A stretch of DNA of 20,000 nucleotides, taken from the IMG/VR virus record IMGVR_UViG_3300032069_000750, one strand, 5' to 3'. The notes under the pieces were generated by a model, which was not told where the DNA came from, made no database searches, and saw nothing but the letters and a program-made list of their open reading frames with translations. Made by a program: the position numbers and the translations under genes. Position 1 is the stretch's first letter, and the number at the start of each line of letters is the position of its first letter. This document shows, in pieces, positions 7,198 to 14,674 of this stretch. The DNA is from an uncultured virus (IMG/VR IMGVR_UViG_3300032069_000750). Lineage: Duplodnaviria > Heunggongvirae > Uroviricota > Caudoviricetes.

Positions 7198-7755
7198 GTG
7201 GTGAGGAGCATCCCCTCTGATAGGAAGAAGCCGCTGAGAGATCTTCTGTTGCCGAGGACGACAAGCCTTCGCCCTAGATCCCTGTTTGACACATCATTTA
7301 CCTACGAACAAGCACTGGCCTCGGAGGAGCCCGGTACGGGGGTGGAAAAAGTTCCCTCTTCTCCCCCCGTATCTGGGACATCGATACGTGAGTCGAAGAC
7401 GACCGCGTGCATCCCCTGCGTGAAAAACCACTTGAGTGCCGTGGCGGGCATACTTTCCGAGTCGAAACGGTTCATATCCAACGGCATCAAAGATCCGAAG
7501 ATAGTGGAGGCGATCGACATAGCGACCAAGGAGCTCACCGCGGCCGAGAGGGGAGATCTTGACCCAGCGAAAGTCGCCTCGTTGCCCGAAAAGGAGAAAG
7601 AGGTCGCGGAGTGGGCCGCCGAACAGACCCGGGATCTCCGGCACAGCATCGACGGCATACGGGACAAGGAGACCCTCGAGGAAGCGATCGTCAAGGCGGA
7701 TCAGATAAACAAGGAGATGATCTCGAAGTTCATCGACCTCGTGGGGACTTTCTAA
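7198..7755 (+). CDS. CxxC-containing helical-bundle protein (start uncertain)
   Basis: Disordered N-terminal region, then ACIPCVKNH and several amphipathic helices; GC3-rich codon usage. Confidence 0.7.
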   Translation: MVRSIPSDRKKPLRDLLLPRTTSLRPRSLFDTSFTYEQALASEEPGTGVEKVPSSPPVSGTSIRESKTTACIPCVKNHLSAVAGILSESKRFISNGIKDPKIVEAIDIATKELTAAERGDLDPAKVASLPEKEKEVAEWAAEQTRDLRHSIDGIRDKETLEEAIVKADQINKEMISKFIDLVGTF

Positions 7756-7813
7756 TTTGAAATCATAATATTTAAACATGCCTTTCTTTTTTAATCAATA
7801 TATCTAATAATAA

Positions 7814-8737
7814 TCAAGGAGTTTCTAATTTGCTTTTATCGTTATTATTTATCATGCTACCTAAAATCTTATCACGTTCTTCTTTAGAAACTTCTATATC
7901 TTCACCTACTTCCAACATTGTTTTTAACGATATTTCTTCTGCAATAAACGATTTGCTTTCTTTCCATTCTCCCGTTTCTTCTCTCCAAATTATAAGTTTA
8001 TTCTTCAGAAATGTCGGTAGCCAAATTCTTACTCTTTCAGGATGATTTACCAAATCCTCTTTTGATTCCGTATAAATGTCATCTTTTCCATGATGAAAAC
8101 ATTTCAAACTTCTTTTACCCATTATCGTCCGTATGTGTTTTGTTCTGACAATCTCTATAGATTGTATATCCATAGGTTTACGTGTCAAACCTGGCAACCA
8201 TCCATCACGCTGTTCTACAGTGCCTGCTCCTAATAACTGATATGTACCACTAAAAGATGCAAAAGCACAACGGACACCATCATAAAATTTATCCTCATCA
8301 CTTGCGGGATTATACGGACGTTCATGATAATTCGGGTCTTCAACAGGCAATTCCAAAAGAATAATATCTTTTATGAAAAGCCTGTCTGAAATTGGTGTAT
8401 CCGTTAACTCATGCCCATCATTTCGGAAATCAAACCTACTGCAAAGTCTGTCTACTTCATCTAGTTCTTTGACAAAGTTTTCCCAATCGTTACTTTTATC
8501 GAATCTGCTCCCATTCACCCATAAAGGTGTTGAAAAAACTAGAGTCTGTCCAGGAACATATAAATTTGGATAAGTCTGTTTTGTTCTAAACATCTGAGTT
8601 TCAGTTCTTGGTATATCATTTTCATAGATTCTGCATGCTTCGATAGTTATCCGTTGAACATATATATTATCTGGCAATCTCGGTATCAATTCTCTCAAAT
8701 GGGCAGTAGTCAAGCATGGTTCATTTCTTGTCACCAT
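7814..8737 (-). CDS. Hypothetical protein, 307 aa, in AT-rich island
   Basis: Long ORF with AAAGGGA upstream, co-oriented downstream of the ParB gene; no family recognised. Confidence 0.8.
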   Translation of the reverse strand: MVTRNEPCLTTAHLRELIPRLPDNIYVQRITIEACRIYENDIPRTETQMFRTKQTYPNLYVPGQTLVFSTPLWVNGSRFDKSNDWENFVKELDEVDRLCSRFDFRNDGHELTDTPISDRLFIKDIILLELPVEDPNYHERPYNPASDEDKFYDGVRCAFASFSGTYQLLGAGTVEQRDGWLPGLTRKPMDIQSIEIVRTKHIRTIMGKRSLKCFHHGKDDIYTESKEDLVNHPERVRIWLPTFLKNKLIIWREETGEWKESKSFIAEEISLKTMLEVGEDIEVSKEERDKILGSMINNNDKSKLETP

Positions 8738-8759
8738 AGATTATTTTTCCCTTTTTAAT

Positions 8760-10130
8760 TTATCCCAAGTTATATTTGTCTAATCTTTCTTGGTAGTCTT
8801 CCTTTTTTATCTTATTTGTCTTCAACAATTTATCCAGACTAGCAATATATGAACTGGCTACCTCATCGAATTTCTTAATCAAAGTCCCGAGTTCCCGTTT
8901 CATCTTTTCAGCCTTATTCCTAACCTTATCTTTATCCTTGATTTTCTTCTGAATATCATGTACTTTATCCAATATATCTTCTATCCGCTTCTGGATATGG
9001 TCTTCATTTACATGACTGCCGCAATAAACGCAGCTCTCTTCCTCAAGTTCTTTCTTACCAGTTATCAATTTCTCCCGTTTGACTTCAAAATCATCATTGC
9101 AATCATCCAATAGCGTATTCTTTGTTAACCCCATGACAAAATTATCCATACCGTTATAGATTTCATCAGCGTAATCACGATACTTCTCATCCTTCTTCCT
9201 ACTACGAAACGCAGGGATTTCAATGCCATCATCTGATTCTATTAACTCTTTTGGCAATTCTTTTAAAATAGAATTACTGGAATCAGGTTTCAACCAATTA
9301 GCTATATCTCCCTCTATCCAAGTAGACATTTCTCCAATCCGCTTATCTAAACTTTTCTCAAGAGTTTTCAACTCTTTTTCTAAGATTTCATCACTTTCCT
9401 TATATGCTTCAAGAATCTTAGAAACATATTCATTGATAACAGAAGCATCTTCTTTACCCCATTTTTTCCATATCGTCATCATCTGTTCTTGTGATTCTTC
9501 TTTATCTCCCATCAACCGTAATCTAGCTATGACTTCTGCCGTCGTTGTAACTAATCGTGCATCTTTTTCATCAATTTCTTCAAAGAATGTTTTAATGGTT
9601 AGTTCCTGCAATTCCTCAGGCAATGCAAGAAGGGGAAGGCGATGTTCTATGATGGTTGGTGTGGTCCCTAATTCTTTTGCAAGTTTTATAACTTCAGGAT
9701 GACCATGACTGGGAAGGGGGGGTTCACCACTGGTGACCGATTCTGTTTGTGGCATATACAACTGCTCTTTGTGGAGAGCAAGCATCTTGAAGAACCATCC
9801 TGCTTCATCAATCGGGTTAAGCTGTTCACGTTCAACATTTTCTTTATATGACTTTAACATAGCAGTTTTATCATCCATATCCTGAACGGTGCAAACAACC
9901 TTTTCATTTTTGTTGTACAAATCCTTTAAACAGTAATATCGCCTCATTCCTGCAACAACTTCATATTTTCCGTCTTTTATTGGTCTAACCAATACCGTCT
10001 GTAATTGTCCATCTGTTTTCAATGATTCTTTCAATGATTCCAGATATTTCTTGGTCATCCGCTTTCTTGGGTTATATTTATTCGGTTCTAATTTACCTAA
10101 TTCAATTTCCATTATTTTCACATCTTTCAT
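8760..10130 (-). CDS. ParB/Srx N-terminal domain protein with coiled coil and zinc-hook-like CxxC
   Basis: PNKYNPRK..L.ES.K.DGQLQ.VLVRP..YEVVAGMRRY..EN.ERE.LNPIDEA; HTH-like LAKELGTTP; C-terminal CVYCGSHVNEDH between heptad-rich helices. Confidence 0.88.
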   Translation of the reverse strand: MKDVKIMEIELGKLEPNKYNPRKRMTKKYLESLKESLKTDGQLQTVLVRPIKDGKYEVVAGMRRYYCLKDLYNKNEKVVCTVQDMDDKTAMLKSYKENVEREQLNPIDEAGWFFKMLALHKEQLYMPQTESVTSGEPPLPSHGHPEVIKLAKELGTTPTIIEHRLPLLALPEELQELTIKTFFEEIDEKDARLVTTTAEVIARLRLMGDKEESQEQMMTIWKKWGKEDASVINEYVSKILEAYKESDEILEKELKTLEKSLDKRIGEMSTWIEGDIANWLKPDSSNSILKELPKELIESDDGIEIPAFRSRKKDEKYRDYADEIYNGMDNFVMGLTKNTLLDDCNDDFEVKREKLITGKKELEEESCVYCGSHVNEDHIQKRIEDILDKVHDIQKKIKDKDKVRNKAEKMKRELGTLIKKFDEVASSYIASLDKLLKTNKIKKEDYQERLDKYNLG

Positions 10131-10259
10131 CTATTTTTCCTCCTTGACAATTATTATTTTTGCTTTTCTTCCATTCCATTGGGTGAGTCCTATAATCCGA
10201 CCATCTTTTATTTCTTTTTCTAAAATTATCTCCACATTATCAATTTCCATTTTAGTCAT
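10131..10259 (-). CDS. 42-aa DUF2080/AbrB-like small protein (not in ORF track)
   Basis: GGAGG RBS; MTKMEIDNVEIILEKEIKDGRIIGLTQWNGRKAKIIIVKEEK; stop abuts the ParB ATG. Confidence 0.6.
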   Translation of the reverse strand: MTKMEIDNVEIILEKEIKDGRIIGLTQWNGRKAKIIIVKEEK

Positions 10260-10445
10260 CAGATTGCCTCCATAGGCATTTTTAGTGGTATATTCTTGCA
10301 CTATTATAATACTTTCGGTGTTATCTTATATACTTGGAGAGACATATAGAATATTAGGATATGTAACCTACATCAAACCATCAATGTGAAATAGTAGAAA
10401 GAAAGAGTAATTAACCACCAACGCCATAATATTTTTTGTGATACT

Positions 10446-10673
10446 ATGCAAGAGGAGACGCACTATTGTTTCTGCTGCATGGAGCCGTTCCAGGTGGTGA
10501 TGCCCCCGAAGGGCCACGAGTCGAACAACCCGGAGGGCTGCCCCGTGTGCGGTTTCTTCAGGTGCCCGCACTGCGGGAAGTGCGCCTGCGACCTCCAGCC
10601 TGGGGAGAAGCGGGTGCTCGAGGCGTTCTGGCAGACCCACTGTAGCGCATCGTGCGGAAAAAGACGGAGGTGA
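10446..10673 (+). CDS. Zinc-finger protein
   Basis: CFCC..CPVC..CPHCGKCAC. Confidence 0.75.
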   Translation: MQEETHYCFCCMEPFQVVMPPKGHESNNPEGCPVCGFFRCPHCGKCACDLQPGEKRVLEAFWQTHCSASCGKRRR

Positions 10674-10676
10674 ACC

Positions 10677-10877
10677 ATGGTAGAATCATGCTCATGTGAA
10701 GAGTTAAACAAGAAGATAGATCAGCTCATTGAGCAGACAAGATCCTGCTCTGCAGTAAGAGGCAAACGTGCCCCGAGCGAGTGGCAGAAATTCCTTCATA
10801 TGTGCCTCCCCAGCAAGACAGGGCTCCTGCCGGAGAGGATAAAGGCATGTAGCACTAAGTACAAGCAGAGGAGATAG
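10677..10877 (+). CDS. Small basic protein with HMG/YABBY-like motif, paralog A
   Basis: GGAGGTGA RBS; CSCEE coiled coil, then KRAPSEWQKFLHMC..IKACSTKYKQ. Confidence 0.75.
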   Translation: MVESCSCEELNKKIDQLIEQTRSCSAVRGKRAPSEWQKFLHMCLPSKTGLLPERIKACSTKYKQRR

Positions 10878-10879
10878 GG

Positions 10880-11098
10880 ATGGCAAGAGACTTTTGTAGC
10901 TGCGAAGAAATATCAATGATGTTCGAGCAGATCCTCGAGATCCTGCAATCTGCGCCCGCCCCTGGTGCATCAGGGGCAGTAATGCGTAAGAAACGCGCGC
11001 CATCAGAGTACAACCTGGCCATCAAGGAGTGCATGACCGGGGGTCAGAACAGCATGAAGGAATGCGCGGCCGAGTACAAGCAGAAAAAGGGGATGTAA
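10880..11098 (+). CDS. Small basic protein with HMG/YABBY-like motif, paralog B
   Basis: CSCEE.. KRAPSEYNLAIKEC..MKECAAEYKQ; clear similarity to the previous ORF. Confidence 0.75.
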   Translation: MARDFCSCEEISMMFEQILEILQSAPAPGASGAVMRKKRAPSEYNLAIKECMTGGQNSMKECAAEYKQKKGM

Positions 11099-11599
11099 AT
11101 GGTTTACGAAGAGGGTGGCACAGAAGGTTTGATGATCAGACAGAATGGAAAAAAGCTCTGTGAATGCCCCATAGACACTACGTTAGTTCAGCTGAAACCC
11201 ATACGGCCAGTCCCAGAGATCAAAATTACTGAACCGGACGATGTCGTCCGAGCGATGAAAGGCATGGAGGACTTCGACAGGGAACACATGCGGATCCTGC
11301 ACCTTGACACAAAAAACAGGGTTGTTGGCATTGAAACAGTAAGCATAGGGATACTCGATGCCGCTCTTGTGCACCCCAGGGAAGTACTAAAGGGAGCACT
11401 GCTCGACAACGCGAGCGGGATCATCATGGTCCACAACCACCCTTCAGGGAGCTGCGAGCAGTCACAGATGGACAAGGATGTAGCGAAGTCGCTCAGTGAC
11501 GCTTGCAAGATCGTAGGGATAAAATTCCTGGACAACATAGTTATAGCTAAAGAATGTTACAGCAGCAAAGAGTGTCCAAGTTGCATTATTCCAAGTTGA
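11099..11599 (+). CDS. radC: RadC-like JAB/MPN domain protein
   Basis: DREH..LDTKNRV..VHPREV..HNHPSG..S..D..LD; extra Cys at both termini. Confidence 0.92.
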   Translation: MVYEEGGTEGLMIRQNGKKLCECPIDTTLVQLKPIRPVPEIKITEPDDVVRAMKGMEDFDREHMRILHLDTKNRVVGIETVSIGILDAALVHPREVLKGALLDNASGIIMVHNHPSGSCEQSQMDKDVAKSLSDACKIVGIKFLDNIVIAKECYSSKECPSCIIPS

Positions 11600-11603
11600 T
11601 ATC

Positions 11604-11828
11604 ATGACCGAAGAGTGCTCCCCCTGCAAGCAGATGATGGCCGCCGTCGTCGCGGTCGGGATATGCGAACGGGCCAAGAAAGAGGGCCTTGACTGCAGGC
11701 AGCTCACCGACGACCTCATAAACAAGAGGATAACCACGAAAGAGTTCATAGACAAACTCAAGCTCGAGCTCAAGGACGATCCGGAGAACCTCGCGATCAT
11801 TGAGAAGGTTGAGAAGATAATAGCATAG
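11604..11828 (+). CDS. Small four-Cys helical protein
   Basis: CSPC..GIC..LDC..ITTKEF; similar layout to 13065-13286. Confidence 0.75.
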   Translation: MTEECSPCKQMMAAVVAVGICERAKKEGLDCRQLTDDLINKRITTKEFIDKLKLELKDDPENLAIIEKVEKIIA

Positions 11829-12018
11829 CCTCTTTCTTGTCTTTTGTGACCGGCAAAATGAACTGTTTCCCCCCGCGGTCCCTCATGAGGAGAATGATCG
11901 CGTCCTCGAAACTGTACGACTTGTTGTCCTGAAGCTCGTAGAGGTTCTTGAATTTCCTCAGCTCGTCGTGGGTGAGCTTGTGGACCCGGATGTTTTTGTA
12001 CATGACCCTTGTTGGCAT
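11797..12018 (-). CDS. Ribbon-helix-helix-like DNA-binding protein
   Basis: KNIRVHKLTHDELRKFK..SFEDAIILL matches the archaeal RHH/VapB-like pattern. Confidence 0.65.
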   Translation of the reverse strand: MPTRVMYKNIRVHKLTHDELRKFKNLYELQDNKSYSFEDAIILLMRDRGGKQFILPVTKDKKEAMLLSSQPSQ

Positions 12019-12096
12019 AGTGAACACAGTACACAATGTTTGCATAATATTTAAATCCTACCAAGTTTTCAATCACATCAAAGAAAGGTGAAATGA

Positions 12097-12354
12097 ATGT
12101 CCGTAATAAAAAGCTTGACCAAAGGCTTCTACCTCAAAAGCCGACCAAAAGCGTACAAGGCGAGCGACGCCGCGTATCCGACCGGTGGGAACCAGGGTTA
12201 CGTGATCGCGAGCCTCCCGCGCGAGTACCCGATAACGTCCCAACAGAAAAAAGTACGTGAGGCCGCTCACGGCTGTGGGATCCACAAAGGCATCAGCAAG
12301 TCCGCACTGCAGAAGGCCATGGTCGACTGCGTCGGTCCCAAGATGATCCACTAG
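12097..12354 (+). CDS. Small basic protein, paralog C
   Basis: AAGGTGA RBS; GYVIASLPREYPITSQQKKVREAAHGCGIHKGISK..MVDCVGPKM. Confidence 0.8.
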   Translation: MSVIKSLTKGFYLKSRPKAYKASDAAYPTGGNQGYVIASLPREYPITSQQKKVREAAHGCGIHKGISKSALQKAMVDCVGPKMIH

Positions 12355-12455
12355 AGGAGCTAGAACAATCATCGTTCCCTCCCCCCTTTTTTTCTTTTTC
12401 GTTAACGTTAGTTTTAACGTTAATTTTAAGTAGCACCAAACCCTTTGTTTCTCCC

Positions 12456-12671
12456 ATGACCGAGTACGCTGGCGGAGAAAAGGGTTTCGTCCTCAAGGCG
12501 CGACCTCGGAAGTACCCGATGACCGAGCAGCAGAAAAAAATGAGGGGCGTCATAAAAGAGTGCGGGATCAAGAAGGGGATAAAGAAGGCCGAGCTACAGC
12601 GCCTCATGGTCGAGTGCGTCGGGCCGAAGATGCAGAACCACCAAGGTGAGACTGACCAGGCAAGCGCCTAG
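12456..12671 (+). CDS. Small basic protein, paralog D
   Basis: GFVLKARPRKYPMTEQQKKMRGVIKECGIKKGIKK..MVECVGPKM; aligns with paralog C. Confidence 0.8.
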   Translation: MTEYAGGEKGFVLKARPRKYPMTEQQKKMRGVIKECGIKKGIKKAELQRLMVECVGPKMQNHQGETDQASA

Positions 12672-12976
12672 TGTTTTTTCTTTTTTTGGATCCCGAGTTT
12701 TTCCCGGGCCCGTTTCGTCATCTCGCTGTGTTTTTTCAGGTCGATGACTGATCCTTTTTTCTTGAAGACCATGCAGTAGCAGGCGTTCGCCTCCCGGATC
12801 TCCTCGAGCGCCTCGGGGCATGGGCAGGTCTTACGCCAGTGCACCAGGCAGGGGCACGCGTCACCGTACAGAGAACACACATAGGCCTTGAGCTTTATGT
12901 CGACATCAGGGTTGAGATCAAAGCCGTGTTTTTTCGCGTAGATCTCCCATTTTCTGAGTATCTCTTCAAGGCTCAT
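12668..12976 (-). CDS. Ferredoxin-thioredoxin reductase catalytic subunit-like protein
   Basis: YAKKHGFDLNPD..YG..CPC..CPC..EEI....CYC..F matches the FTRc CPC/CPC/CxC signature. Confidence 0.85.
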   Translation of the reverse strand: MSLEEILRKWEIYAKKHGFDLNPDVDIKLKAYVCSLYGDACPCLVHWRKTCPCPEALEEIREANACYCMVFKKKGSVIDLKKHSEMTKRAREKLGIQKKKKH

Positions 12977-13064
12977 AATCGTCCCCTACATTTTAATTTC
13001 CCTTTTGAATAGTTTTTCCTGATCAGCATATCAGCATAGTTTTTCATTAAAAACTCGTATAAAT

Positions 13065-13286
13065 TCATAGTTTCACTTCCGCTAGTTCATCCCAGGTCTT
13101 GAAAAACTTCTCCTGGTCGAAGTTTTTCGTGATCGTGTCCATGACCTCCTCGATGGGTATCTTGTTGTCTTTGAAGTCCTGGATCGCGGTCTCGCAGACC
13201 TTCCGGTTCCCGAGCCTGTCGCACACCCTGATCATGTGCTCGCAGATCCGGCATTTCTCGTCCTCGTTCATGCTGCTTTCGTCCAT
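13065..13286 (-). CDS. Small four-Cys helical protein
   Basis: MDESS..CRIC..VC..VC..IPIEEV; start inferred at 13286. Confidence 0.7.
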   Translation of the reverse strand: MDESSMNEDEKCRICEHMIRVCDRLGNRKVCETAIQDFKDNKIPIEEVMDTITKNFDQEKFFKTWDELAEVKL

Positions 13287-13333
13287 GCGTCCTTCTAAAT
13301 TAATATGGTTATTTAAACATATCTGAGGGGGTT

Positions 13334-13453
13334 GCGGGGCGTATTGCGCCGGCCTAGGGGATAAAAACTCTTTTGATGGTGAACATATGGAAATTGTCTG
13401 GGATGGGGTGATAAGGAGATTTTTTTCCCCGCGGCCACTGGCGTACGCCCCGC
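13334..13453 (+). ncRNA. Candidate ~120-nt hairpin RNA
   Basis: gcggggcgta/tacgccccgc perfect 10-bp closing stem; inner ggcc/ggcc and ggggataaaaactc/gagatttttttcccc; TTTAAA box at 13312-13317. Confidence 0.4.
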
Positions 13454-13556
13454 GCCGGCGACGGCATATATCGCGAACGGAGACCATGAGAATTTGGGAG
13501 GATAATGAACGACTTAGAAGAGTTTGGATCTCCGGTACTCGCGTATGCCTCGCTGA

Positions 13557-13646
13557 TCATTTCAGGATCGTGTGCACTGCCTTGACTACTTTCTGGCCTA
13601 TCCCGAGGACGGCCTCGCAGATGTCAGTGACAAAGCTCAGTATCAT
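13557..13646 (-). CDS. 29-aa amphipathic peptide (not in ORF track)
   Basis: AAAGGAGGTGA RBS; ATGA overlap with the upstream gene; MILSFVTDICEAVLGIGQKVVKAVHTILK. Confidence 0.7.
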   Translation of the reverse strand: MILSFVTDICEAVLGIGQKVVKAVHTILK

Positions 13647-13855
13647 GGTTCACCTCCTTTGAAGCTCCCCGCGCAGGGGGCTATTCCGATGTTCAGCTTG
13701 TTGCACCACTGGCACACCAGCATCTTTTTTTGTCGCCGGTGCCTCCCGCGGGAATCCATAATGATAAACCGCAGCTCGGCATAGTACCGGTTTTTCTCCG
13801 TCTCCGGGGTCTCCGTGACGGATCGCCCACATATAGAGCAGTTTTTAGGTCTCAT
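13643..13855 (-). CDS. Small Zn-binding protein
   Basis: AAAGGAGG RBS; CSIC..CQWC. Confidence 0.75.
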   Translation of the reverse strand: MRPKNCSICGRSVTETPETEKNRYYAELRFIIMDSRGRHRRQKKMLVCQWCNKLNIGIAPCAGSFKGGEP

Positions 13856-13867
13856 ATTGCCTCCTTT

Positions 13868-14020
13868 TTATCGTATGATTTTTTTCGAGATCTTGATCAG
13901 TACCGACAGCGCCAGAAGTACTACCGCGACGGCCGACAGGACGATCACGGCCCCCAGGAGCGTCCCGAAGAACGCTCCCAGGAGGACCAACAGCTTCAAA
14001 ATCGCGCCGAACAGTACCAT
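13868..14020 (-). CDS. 50-aa hydrophobic membrane protein (not in ORF track)
   Basis: MVLFGAILKLLVLLGAFFGTLLGAVIVLSAVAVVLLALSVLIKISKKIIR fills the gap between neighbouring genes. Confidence 0.7.
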   Translation of the reverse strand: MVLFGAILKLLVLLGAFFGTLLGAVIVLSAVAVVLLALSVLIKISKKIIR

Positions 14021-14029
14021 GGTACCCCT

Positions 14030-14668
14030 CTAGCCTAGCGGGTTGTCGAAGGTCGCGTACACCGTCCTGTTGCCGTTCATCGTTATGGCCGCGGGGTTGG
14101 TCGTGCCAGTGAGGTCCCCGGACCATTCCATGAAGCACCATCCAGGGTCCCCGGTCGCGTTTAACAGGACGGAGGTACCCGAGGAGTAGCTCGTCTGCTG
14201 CGGTTTTTTAATGACTGATCCTTTTCCCACCACGATTATATCTAGGGTGTACTGGTGGGTGAGGTTTCCTTGTTGGCCCCCTAGGTCGGGAGTCAGTTTC
14301 ACCCAGTGGGACGTATGTCCCTCGCAATAGTAGAAGTTCCACTGGCCGGTCGTCGCGTTGTACTCGTACTCCACATACGGGGGGTTGGTCGAATTGTTGC
14401 CGTTGTTCCCCCCAGGCCTGAAATTGAACCGCGCCATGTAGTCGGTGACGTTTTCCATATTCTCTGTACAAACCTTGAATGCCTCAGCGGCAGAGTCAAA
14501 GGATGCCTTAAACTGTGTCGTCATATTGCCCATCGCCAGTGCCACTACTGAGACCAAAGGCACCATGATGGATATCATCATAAGGGTCCCTAACACGGTG
14601 GACACTCCGGTTTTGTCGTTACGCAGCTGCCTTATTTTGTTGTTTGCTTTCATATTTTTTTCCTCCAT
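14030..14668 (-). CDS. Archaeal type IV pilin-like protein with C-terminal InlB B-repeat-like domain
   Basis: Class III signal RNDKTG|VSTVLGTLMMISI; C-terminal YTL..G.GSV..Y..GT.V.L.A....GW.F..WSGD..NP..ITMNGN.TV.ATF. Confidence 0.85.
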   Translation of the reverse strand: MEEKNMKANNKIRQLRNDKTGVSTVLGTLMMISIMVPLVSVVALAMGNMTTQFKASFDSAAEAFKVCTENMENVTDYMARFNFRPGGNNGNNSTNPPYVEYEYNATTGQWNFYYCEGHTSHWVKLTPDLGGQQGNLTHQYTLDIIVVGKGSVIKKPQQTSYSSGTSVLLNATGDPGWCFMEWSGDLTGTTNPAAITMNGNRTVYATFDNPLG

Positions 14669-14674
14669 GTTTTC

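Noticed and set aside
7198..7755. Erv/ALR sulfhydryl oxidase
   Set aside because: CxxC..H on a helix is reminiscent, but the spacing differs and the W-x4-HN-x-VN FAD motif is absent.
13065..13286. Saposin-like fold
   Set aside because: Only four Cys, and the spacing after CxxC is too short.
13334..13456. tRNA gene
   Set aside because: An acceptor-like GCGGGGC/GCCCCGC stem is present, but there is no TTCGA T-loop or D-arm consensus.
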